From contig OZ281497.1 in the NCBI GenBank assembly GCA_965637545.1, forward strand, positions 17,670,001 through 17,734,000: DNA of 64,000 nt, written 5' to 3'. Of the stretch, positions 52,522 through 63,122 are shown one piece after another; the stretch's first letter is position 1; every line of letters begins with the position of its first letter. The notes beneath the pieces were generated by a model, which searched no databases, was not told where the DNA came from, and saw only the letters and a program-made list of their open reading frames with translations. The position numbers and the translations under genes were made by a program. The DNA comes from Phallusia mammillata (Eukaryota).

Positions 52522-53025
52522 TAGGGTTCCTCTATTTCCCGGATTTTTTCATTCCCGGGAATCGGGAAATAATTTTTTCATTTCCCGGGAATTCCCGGGA
52601 TTCCCGACCGAAAAAGTGCCTATTTTTTCGTGAATAATTACGTCATTGTAACTGCTAAAATTAGTTTATTTTTACTAGGGGCATCTAATTAGTCATGATT
52701 TTGTCGTTTAAAACTATATTTGCAAGCTTCTTTAACGTTAACAAGATTAGAAAATTACGAAAAATAAATTCGTTATTTCTAGTACCGCTAGGTAGCGCAT
52801 TTTCGCGAAAATAGTTTACCACCTCGTATAAAAACGTTTACTTACTTTGTGATTAAAATTACAAAACGCCATATTTTGGTAACAGTTAGCAGAAATTTGA
52901 ACATTTACGTTATTATTTCACAAAATTAACACGTTTTTGCTTAATTGTCTGTTTCCCGGGAATTCAAAACAAATTTCCCGGGATTCGGGAACGTAACTTT
53001 GCCGGGAAATCCCGGGAATTTCCCG
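52522..53025. mobile_element. Truncated hAT-like MITE with TTCCCGGGA subterminal repeats
   Basis: Starts TAGGGTTCC. Clusters of TTCCCGGGA occur at about 52537-52606 and 52953-53025. The expected right TIR (GGAACCCTA) is absent; the element ends at the edge of the palindrome. Confidence 0.6.
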
Positions 53026-53034
53026 TCGAGACAT

Positions 53035-55748
53035 ACCGAACCTGAACCCATATGACAAGCGGTTCGACTCCCTGGTTAAAACACGTCAAACTGTGCGAAA
53101 GTATTCCAAGCCATGCACTGGCGATTTGTACCGAGCGGTTTAATAACATGTACTAGGTCGTTGTTTACATCTCTGGATGAACTCCGAACTCATTTTACCA
53201 GACTGGTAGTGAACAGAACATATTCTGCGGTTGCAAAGACCTTTGCTCTATTTATCGCTAGAAATAAATCCAAATAGCGTGTCAAAGCTTACCTCAAAAT
53301 GTCATTTTTACATTGGTGGTTTTACCACATCCATACATTACAATTTACAAAGAAGTACATGCAGAGTCGCACATTTCGCGGGAGCATGTGCATCGTTATT
53401 TGTAAGTGCAACACTTCTTACTGGAAATTGCGGTGGGCATATTAAAAACATTTACGAATAGTGTCAAGCTAAGTAATGTTAAAGAAAGCCATGAACTTCT
53501 GTCGTATGTTATTGTGTTTATAGCAGCAAGCAACATATATCTCAAAAATTCACCATCATCATTTCGCCGAAATGGTAAGTGCGAAAAATTCGAAAATTGT
53601 TAATAAGCGTTACGCACCACTGCGTACAGTTTCCAAAAAAAAATTTTCATTTTTATTTTTTTTAAGCCATAGAGAGTGGTCAAGGTACGTACAAATCGAC
53701 ATTTTGAGGTATGGGAGAAAACGTTTCAGCTTATAAAGTCACATTTCTGGTCTCAAACAGTATTTTCCAATAAAATGTCTTTAACCGTTTACATAAGTCG
53801 CCCATATACAAATGCATACACAGTACATAGTCCAATGTTACGAAAGAAATAAAAAGACATTCCGAGCCTAATATTTTTCTATAAATTGGGACAGATGTAC
53901 GTTAGAGCAAGAAGTTTCACCTCGTAGAGTCACATTTCTGGTCTCAAACAGTATTTGCCAACGATATGACTTTAACCGATACTTGTTTACGTAGGTCGCA
54001 CATATACAAATGCATACATCGCTACGCCAATGTTACGATCAAATAAAAAGACATTCCGAGCCTAATATTTTTCTATAAATTGGCACAGATGTACGTTAGA
54101 GCAAGAAGTTTCACCTGATAGAGTCACATTTCTGGTCTCAAACAGTATTTGCCAACGAAATGACTTCAACCGATACTTGTTTACGTAGGTCGCACATATA
54201 CAAATGCATACATCGCTAAGCCAATGTTACGATCAAATAAAAAGACATTCCGAGCCTAATATTTTTCTATAAATTGGCACAGATGTACGTTAGAGCAAGA
54301 AGTTTCAGTTTGTAAAGTCACATTTCTGGTCTCAAACAGTATTTGCCAACGAAATGACTTCAACCGATACTTGTTTACGTAGGTCGCACATATACAAATG
54401 CATACATCGCTAAGCCAATGTTACGAAAGAAATAAAAAGACTATCCGAGCCTAATATTTTTCTATAAATTGGCACAGATGTACGTTAGAGCAAGAAGTTT
54501 CACCTCGTAGAGTCACATTTCTGGTCTCAAACAGTATGTCTTTTTATTTATTTCGTAACATTGGCTTACCGATGTATGCATTTGTATATGTGCGACCTAC
54601 GTAAACAAGTATCGGTTAAAGTCATTTCGTTGGCAAATACTGTTTGAGACCAGAAATGTGACTCTACGAGGTGAAACTTCTTGCTCTAACGTACATCTGT
54701 GCCAATTTATAGAAAAATATTAGGCTCGGATAGTATTTTTATTTCTTTCGTAACATTGGCGTAGCGATGTATGCATTTGTTTATGTGCGACCTATACGTA
54801 AACAAGTATCGGTTAAAGTCATTTCGTTGGCAAATACTGTTTGAGACCAGAAATGTGACTCTACGAGGTGAAACTTCTTGCTCTAACGTACATCTGTGCC
54901 AATTTATAGAAAAAATTTAGGCTCGGAATGTCTTTTTATTTGATCGTAACATTGGATTAGCGATGCATGCATTTGTATATGGGCGACTTATGTAAACAAG
55001 TATCGGTTAAAGTCATTTCATTGGCAAATACTGTTTGAAACAAGAAATGTGACTTTACAAGCTGAAACGTTTTCTCTCATACCTCAAAATGTCGATTTGT
55101 ACGTACCTTGACCACTCTCTATGGTTTAAAAAAAATAAAAATGAAAAACAAATTTTGGAAACTGTACGCAGTGGTGCGTAACGCTTATTAACAATTTTCG
55201 CACTTACCATTTCGGCGAAATGATGATGGTGAATTTTTGAGATATATGCTGCTTGCTGCTATAAACACAATAACATACGACAGAAGTTCATGGCTTTCTT
55301 TAACATTACTTAGCTTGACACTATTCGTAAATGTTTTTAATATGCCCACCGCAATTTCCAGTAAGAAGTGTTGCACTTACAAATAACGATGCACATGCTC
55401 CCGCGAAATGTGCGACTCTGCATGTACTTCTTTGTAAATTGTAATGTATGGATGTGGTAAAACCAACCAATGTAAAAATGACATTTTGAGGTAAGCTTTG
55501 ACACGCTATTTGGATTTATTTCTAGCGATAAATAGAGCAAAGGTCTTTGCAACCGCAGAATATGTTCTGTTCACTACCAGTCTGGTAAAATGAGTTCGGA
55601 GTTCATCCAGAGATGTAAACAACGACCTAGTACATGTTATTAAACCGCTCGGTACAAATCGCCAGTGCATGGCTTGGAATACTTTCGCACAGTTTGACGT
55701 GTTTTAACCAGGGAGTCGAACCGCTTGTCATATGGGTTCAGGTTCGGT
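53035..55748. repeat. Spacer-less long inverted repeat (palindrome); left arm 53035-about 54536, right arm about 54537-55748
   Basis: 53035-53736 is the reverse complement of about 55055-55748 with a few differences; the ORF track shows mirrored ORFs 53406..53603+ / 55188..55376- and 53231..53461+ / 55337..55552-. The inner parts are opposed tandem arrays meeting at about 54537. Confidence 0.95.
53737..55054. repeat. Tandem repeat of about 194 bp, about 4.1 copies on + then about 2.7 copies on -
   Basis: Unit marker AGTCACATTTCTGG starts at 53737, 53928, 54122, 54316 and 54511. The reverse-complement marker AGAAATGTGACT ends at 54663, 54860 and 55054. Confidence 0.95.
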
Positions 55749-56203
55749 TCGGGTTCACTTCGTTTTGTTTTTAAGGGTTCGGGTTCGGTTTAGGTTTTTA
55801 AAAATGTACATTTTCGGGTTCGGGTTTTGTTCCGGTTTGGGCAAATTATCCGGTCCAAACCGGTTTGCGGTTTTTGAACCGGTTCAAATTTTCGTTCGTT
55901 TCGATTTAATTCTACCCATCATCTACTTGGCCTTATCAAACCCCAAACTAATTTTGACCGTGCATTGTTATTTTTGACACGCCCTATAAGTGTCGCATAT
56001 TTTTCAGTGCGCTGTTTTGAATAAAAATCACAAAATATAAAACGGGCTGCATTTTTTACTGGTTCGGGACCAACGCCAAACAAAAAATAGGGTTCAACTC
56101 CGGTTCGGGTGTTTAGAAAATCGTAATTAGCGGTTCGGGTTTAATGAAATTAACCGCTCAAACCGGTTCGCGGGTTCGGGTTCAGTTCCGGTTCGACTCC
56201 CTG
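55709..56203. mobile_element. Complete hAT-type MITE (495 bp)
   Basis: Perfect 14-bp TIRs CAGGGAGTCGAACC / GGTTCGACTCCCTG; perfect 8-bp TSD GTTTTAAC at 55701-55708 and 56204-56211; GGTTCGG subterminal repeats; no coding capacity. Confidence 0.92.
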
Positions 56204-56759
56204 GTTTTAACTGCTGGTTACCGGACAGGCGGACACTAAACATTAAAGAAGAAAATTTGAAAAAATACTTTTCCGATTTTTGTACGTTACGTCCTAATCA
56301 AAACGCATTTCAGTTAAAATACCTTTTTCCCCTACGCTTTTTTGCTGTTCTGTTTATTTCTTTACAGATGGCGGTTTTTGCTGCCAAACGTTGTACCAAA
56401 GAATGTGTTTTTCTGTGTTCTTTGGTTTAAGCCGCCCTCAATTCAATCCACGTTAGGTTCTTCAGCAGCAGGTTAAGCTACTAGACGCTAAAATTCCGGG
56501 CATAAAAAGTGTTTTTGAATATTATTTCCGAACACAGATTTTACGTCAAAATTCCGGTCATGTCCGGGAACATCCGGACGCCTGGTAAGTGGTAACTGGT
56601 AACCCTTATCCACGTCAAATTTTGTACTTGATGTTAATTACTTTAAGGTGAGTTATACGAAAGACCGGACTGACAAGGATTTCTGTCGATCATAAGACAA
56701 TTGGGTTTAGCTTTATCTGTCCTTGTTTACAGAACTTGCATGCGGCCCGACACTGTGTT

Positions 56760-56765
56760 TTTATT
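56760..56765 (-). terminator. Candidate polyadenylation signal of MAK16
   Basis: TTTATT on the + strand (AATAAA on -), about 100 nt after the MAK16 stop. Confidence 0.5.
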
Positions 56766-56863
56766 CTATGTTGGGCTAAAAAAGAAGTCTGCACTTCAAC
56801 ATTTTTTAACTGAAAAACGAGGGCCCATGTACAAGGAAGGAAAACAGTGAAAACAATTTCGTG

Positions 56864-58805
56864 TCAATGTTTCAACTTAGTCCTGTGACTCGATGTCGAT
56901 TCCATTTCATATTCAATTTCAACTGCTGGTCGCTTGCGTTTGATCGTTTTAACCTCTGGCTCTTCTTCCTCGGACGATTCCTCATCAGATACATTATTGG
57001 CAATGTCCTATTTTACAAAGAGCGCAATGCATGTTAAGAAAAAACTGAAAATAAAATTCCACAGAAAAAACTACAAGTGAAAGTTTGCAGCTATCTCTTT
57101 TTATGCATAAGAAATGAATGTGAGAAAAAAAATCTTAACTAGTTAAAACTGTTGTTAATACTTTTACACACCACATTACACAAACAACATATTCCCAACA
57201 AGATTTGAAACATGATATTGTTAGCATACCTCTATGTCACTGGTGTCTGATTCATCAAAATCCTCTGCAGCCACATACTGGATGTCAGGCTGAAAATAAA
57301 AAAATGCTTTGGATATATTGTACCACTATGTTACAGTAAACACCACACAAATGTTCATGGTTTACTTCAGAATCAACTTCATCCTCCTTTTCATATTCAA
57401 CATCACTGTCAGACTCAACCTCTTCCTGTTCGAGTGCTCGATCAAAGGCAGTGGCAGGAAAATTGTAGATATCACCGTAGGTTCCTTGTTTTAACCTTTC
57501 CAATAACTCCTTTTCAATCGCTGTATCAAGTTGTGCAGCCACAAGTGCTTTTTGCTGCAATATACAACAGATGAGCAGGAGTGTTTGGAAAAATTTAAAA
57601 TTAAACCCCAAAAAACATTTCATAACTGTCAAGGTGTACAGTACATATGCTTTACTCCCTAAAATTCCCACACAAACAATATAGGCTTTAATAGCATAAG
57701 GATCATAATATTTATGATCAAATAATTTCAATTACATAGAGCTCTTCTGGCAATTTAGTTGATATTATGCCTGGCAGCAACAGCTTATAGATCAAGTACT
57801 TTGTTGGGGCTAAATGTATTCGAAGTAATATATTTTATTGCCTTACATCTGATAAGTCTGTTGTAATTAGAAAATATTTAAATACCAAACCAATAAACAA
57901 TTTACCTCCCGTTTTGCTTCTCTTCTTTCCACTTTCTGATTAATTGGTACAAGTTTTTTTCTATAGAAATATTTTCAGTATAGTTTAACAAAAAAGGTTT
58001 GTTGACAATCATTCACACAACTCACTGTCGTTTTAGTGTAAGCTTTCTTATTCGAATCAGATATTGGTATATTTTTGTGTATCGCTGCTTGCACTTGTGG
58101 CGTAAAAAATAAGGCCAATAAACAAGGTTCTCGTCAATCTGTTCCAAAGCCTTTTCATAGTTTCGAGACAGTTTTACTTTTTCCCACATGCGTGCAGGAA
58201 AAGCTGCTCGCTCAATAGTTTTCATGTACAAATAACAAATACCTGATAAAAAAGTGTACATGTTAACTTTATAGTTGATACTACTTATTTGTTTTAACAG
58301 CAATTCTACCTTTTTCTTCTCGAATTGTGGCATACTGGCTGTTGGATAATGGACATGAATTTCTGTTGCAAAGTCCTGTTACATTGTTTTCATTCTTACA
58401 AAACCGCTGTGTCTTTGATGTGCGAGCTCTAATGACAAAACAGACAACATATAAAATATATGATAAGGTTATCAATAACTAAAGATACATTTTAAATAAA
58501 CTTACTTTACTTTATAGGAACAATATTCAGTGTTTCCAATGACATCCCACAGGACCTAAAAAGAAACAAAGCATTTGTTATCATTTTAAGGATCACTTTT
58601 TAAACCAAATTTACTTCACAAATACAATTCAATGCCCAAAAAAGTACAAAGGTGGATTGGATACATAGAGATAGAAACGTATTGCGGTATTTGATAATGC
58701 TTAATGTGCTGAACGTTAATGAACCCCAATACACAATTGCGGGGTGCGAAAACAGTTATTTAAGCTTTACAGTACATATTAATTACTTACGTCGTCATGC
58801 TGCAT
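56864..58805 (-). CDS. MAK16: Ribosome biogenesis protein MAK16 (exons 58805-58791, 58555-58506, 58428-58310, 58242-58026, 57960-57906, 57554-57366, 57289-57230, 57007-56864; 282 aa)
   Basis: MQHDD/VLWDVIG...[60 protein letters not shown]...[15 protein letters not shown], acidic tail and [11 protein letters not shown] motif. GT-AG junctions in phase; 849 nt. Confidence 0.97.
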
Positions 58806-60931
58806 GATGCAGGCCCAGAAAACCTGCTACAAAACGGCACGTAAACTACTAGACTTACAGTACTTTCAACGGCGAAATAACTTTGCAACTAACACCCTGG
58901 AAATAAACAAATTTATTGGAGATTCTACAACCAGTAAATAGATGAACAAACTCATATTAAATATATTAAAGCCTTTCCTTACAAAATTCTCATGCCTCCG
59001 CTCCGCACATGAATATCTCGCCCTGCCACGTGCATGTTAAAGTAGGGCGAAATTATAAACCATTGGTGAAGATGAGATGAAGGTTGGTTTGTTTTAACAG
59101 AACGGTTGGTCACGACCACTTGAATATTTTGGACTTAAAAATGCTACATCTAAACTAGTGAAACTACGTATAATACAATTTAATAAAAGTCGACCTAATT
59201 TATTTTCGTCTGTAGAAATCCTACTTTTATTACATTAACAGTACCCGTTGTTGCCGATTTTTATTTAATATTTTTCAATAGTTTTGGGAGATACGGGCAA
59301 TGGTGAAAGTTAGCCGAAACTTCTTATTTTCCCGATAATCTTTAAAATATTTTAGTGATCGTACGTAGGCTTTAATTGTAATTTTCAATGTATTTCCCTT
59401 TTCTTTGTTACAATACTTTGTTACAAATTTCGAGACGATATTGACAAATCGTTCCGGCCAAAAAATGTTTTGCTTTTCCTATTAAATATAGCACAATATC
59501 AAAATTGTTTGGTCAAATCAAAATGAGCATGTAAATTAAAATCTGATTTTGTGCGGTTAACAACATTATAATTGTTTTGTTGAGAAATCAAACTCAATCA
59601 TCGGTTGTAAGTTTTTGTAAGTAAAAATGCTAATAAAAAGAGTTTGTTCTCTCTGTGACATAACCTGATTTAAGACGTCCCTTTAACCTAACGTCATTGG
59701 AATTAACGAATTTTAGGTCGCCAACAGCCTGGCTCTGCGACAAAAATCAATTAACTCATTCTAACAAAGCTTTTAGCTTCCACTAAAAGGGTCATCCAAT
59801 TTCCCATTGTGGTAATCGATAATGACGCTTTATTCGTTTTTGTCGAGATTCGCTGATATTGGTTAACTTGCCTGCCTTGATTAAACTACTGAACAAAATT
59901 TATCATTTGTAAAAACAGAAATTAGTATCTGAAAAAACAACCTGCGTGTAAACAAAAAAAATTCTGATCCTGTTAACAGCAACTTTTCGTAAAACAAAAC
60001 TTAGTTCATTGCTTTATTTCAATATGAAACTCCGCTGCAACCACGTCAAATCAAACTCATGTTACATTTCGTTTTTCGAAAAACAGGATCCCAATGAAAT
60101 GATGTAAAAAAAACGAGAAAGGAATAAAAAGCACAATATTCGTAGAGTAGGAATTTGTGTTTTGCGTTGGTTAGTTTGAATAAAATATATTCCTTTTCAA
60201 AATATTTTGAAACTATAACAAACATATAAAACTAAAAGCCAAGATTTGCCGTTGGAAAAATAGCGGCTATTTTGATCTTCCAAAATGCTGAAACGCGATA
60301 CGAAAACGAGGTCGGCAAAATGCAAAAGCAAAATAATTTTGAAACAATCCGCTGTCATGCAGCCCATATTAAATGTAGAGATGTAAATAACAACGAAAAG
60401 CGTAAAGCGCAACGAAACAATGTCCAAACGTTGATTGACATTTTGTTTCTTGCCATCATAGTTTTTGGTTGGCGATTTAGCCTACAGTGTCAAAGACATG
60501 CAGTATGCAAGCACCGCTTGTTGTGTTTCGTCAAATAAAGCAGTAGGTTGTTAAATAAATAATTAGCAGTGTAACAATATCAACACTGTAAAAAATAAGC
60601 AAGTTAAACAAGTTAGAAATACGTATGGTGGATTATTTAAGCTAATGTAAAACAGTTACATGCATTTGGTCCTCGCCACTACGAAAAAGCGGCAAATCTA
60701 TAATTACAATGTAAACATCATAAAATGCCGAAAGAAAAATCTTTACAATGTACAAGCTAGCACAAAACAAGCTTAAGGAAAAGGGAAAAGAAGTTCTCAA
60801 TATGAAACGTTCCCACAAAACTACTCAACTACAGTAAATGCTACATATTAGTGCTCAAGTATCGAAGCAACAGGGATATAAAAAACCAGCTGGCACGCCG
60901 GAACACAGCAAACCGAAAAAAGTCGGGTGCC

Positions 60932-63122
60932 CTAATTTTTCGCAGGTATTAGGCTCAACACTTCCACTGGTTCGCGTTTTTCGCTGAGCACTCTTGTGTT
61001 AGGGTCCTTCACTTCCAAAGCTGCCTTGATTCTCTGCAAATATGTTAAATGTTTTTAAGGCATGGGGCGTGTTACCTTTTTGGCATTGTATACCGTGTTA
61101 AAACTGAAATATATCGCGGACCAGCCTTCAAAAGCAGCAAATGTTCAACAATGAAAAATTAATACAGCTCATATAAGTTAGATTAGAGTTGTAAACGGCC
61201 CCAAAACTGCATGTATCCCAAACCCGGTTTGAACCCGAAAGTACAAGCCCGAAACCCGGCCCGCCAAACCCGAATCGTTTTTCAGTTTAGGCCCGAAAGT
61301 TTGATTGACAGGCCAATACATTGAAGCTTCAGTAAAGACCAAATGAACAAACAAATTAAATTACACAGTTGTTCTTAAACAAGGCGTAGCAACTGGCTAC
61401 TTGGCTAGTTAAATATATTTGAAAAAAATACTGACATAGAGTGTAAAGTCAGGCCCGATTCAAACCCATTTTTAAGTAACCTAAGCTTAAACCCGGCCCG
61501 AACCCGGCCCGAACCCAGCCCGAAAAGCGGGCCCGACTTACAACATTTAGTTAGATATTTGGATTTGACAACCCGACCGTATGGATAGAGTGATACAAAA
61601 ATGTTTTAAATCATATAACTAATTCTCACCGACCGGCATCAGACCGCGATTGTTTTAACATACTTCTATAAAATTTAAAAATACAACTGGTGTCACAAAT
61701 GAGGCTTCATCATAACTAAGCATTTGGCAAAGGTTCTGCATGATTTTTTTTTGAAAACCCTTTGTTTAAACGCTGAAGAATACAAGTGATATTTCAATCG
61801 TGACAAAGAAATAGTTTTGAACCAAATTTGACTACAAGACGGTGCTCGTCTACGCACGTGCGTTCATTAAATATTAACAGCAGAAAACGATTTTCTCCTG
61901 GTTAGGCCTAATCACACAAATGAAATTAATGTGTTTTACCAACGCAGTCGTTGCACAATGCGTTCGAAGAACCAACAGGGAGTCATGGTATAAATATATA
62001 AGTGGTTAGGTTAGTTACATGCATGTAAGCATTAATTACCAACATTTATTCGTTACCCGATAACGCATACAAGTGTATGAGTGCGCGAGCTTGATTAAAG
62101 AAACGCTCGGATTGAAACCTGATCCGCGTCCGGCTTTGCCACTAATAAAGCAGAAACGCCGTTGCGTCTATTGTTTGTTAAAGCCGAAGCTTGTGGGAAC
62201 AATGTTTTTGATTGAATGTTTAATTTGTATGAATAAACCAAAACACTTTATTTTGCATGTGCGCCACAATACAACGAGTTTGAGTTCAACAGCAGTTTTT
62301 ACGGATCGCCAATAAACTTAACAACACTTTCTGTTGCGCTTAATACCAAATGCCAATATCTGGTTTATTGTATCTGAGAGAGACAAGCAACTTTTTTAAG
62401 CAAACACTTGTTTTGAAACTTATTAAATGAATCATCCATGTGGTCGATAAATTCGTGGCATCAAAAATGGAAGTGTTGGGATTGCGCAGTGGTTTGTTGT
62501 TTTAACGTCCGTCCTGAGCCTACTGTTGTGTTAGAGCGGTGGTCGGCAACCGCCGGTCCGCGAGGAGTTCGTTACCGGGCCGTATAGGTTTTCAGGTTAA
62601 ATCTTATTAAACATTTTGCCCATGTATGCCGGGGATGATAAACTAATTTAGGCGTTTTTATTGCTAAATATATGTAGTTTTTTGAAGACCGGTCCGCGAT
62701 AAAATTTTAGTTTCAAAAACGGTCCGCATTGCAAAAAAGGTTGCCGACCCCTGTGTTACAGTGTTCGGACCATACGTCAGTTTCATATGATCTTTATTTC
62801 TTAAACCACTGGTTCATAAAAGAAAGCTGAACTCTTGACATAATAACGGAAGGAATTTATTGACTTAATAACGGGGAAAAAGGAATAGCTGTGAAAATGA
62901 AAGGGAATATATTTTCCATTTTATCGTGTTTATTTGAAAAAGAATGAACCCTACCTCTACGAATGAACCCTGTTTCCTCCACACACTGAAAGCAAACCAG
63001 CCAGGAACGCAGATCATCGATGTCAATGACAAACACCAGCCAATAACGTTTGCCCATAACGGGTACTCGTAGTCGCCCTGTTTCAGGGGTTTGGAGTTGA
63101 TGCAGTAAAACAGGAAAATGAA
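60932..63122 (-). CDS. SLC6 sodium:neurotransmitter symporter family, last two coding exons (63122-62955, 61033-60932); upstream exons not found in the window
   Basis: FIFLFYCINSKPLKQGDYEYPLWANVIGWCLSLTSMICVPGWF is the conserved EL6-TM12 segment of SLC6 (Y-x-YP-x-W...GW...S-M-x-C-x-P). It is followed in phase by RIKAALEVKDP...PAKN*. Subfamily cannot be assigned. Confidence 0.85.
61184..61548. mobile_element. hAT-type MITE in the last SLC6 intron
   Basis: Ends TAGAGTTGTAA ... TTACAACATTT (imperfect TIR); 8-bp TSD AGTTAGAT at 61176-61183 and 61549-61556; CCCGAA/GGCCCG subterminal repeats. Confidence 0.75.
62537..62753. mobile_element. hAT (Charlie-like) MITE in the last SLC6 intron
   Basis: Ends CGGTGGTCGGCAAC ... 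GTTGCCGACCCCTG; flanks TGTTAGAG / TGTTACAG (7 of 8 match, TSD); internal CGGTCCGC repeats. Confidence 0.8.

Noticed and set aside
53737-55054. Regularly spaced repeats as a possible CRISPR array
   Set aside because: Units are about 194 bp and contiguous with no unique spacers, there are no cas genes, and the context is eukaryotic.
53231-55552. Mirrored 63-76 aa ORFs in the palindrome arms as duplicated small genes
   Set aside because: They start at non-ATG codons, and the two copies differ by frameshifting indels, so there is no sign of coding constraint.
56190-56203. GGTTCGACTCCC resembling a tRNA T-loop / Pol III B-box (also at 53061-53074 and, inverted, 55709-55722)
   Set aside because: There is no acceptor, D or anticodon stem around it; it is the TIR of a MITE with a matching TSD.
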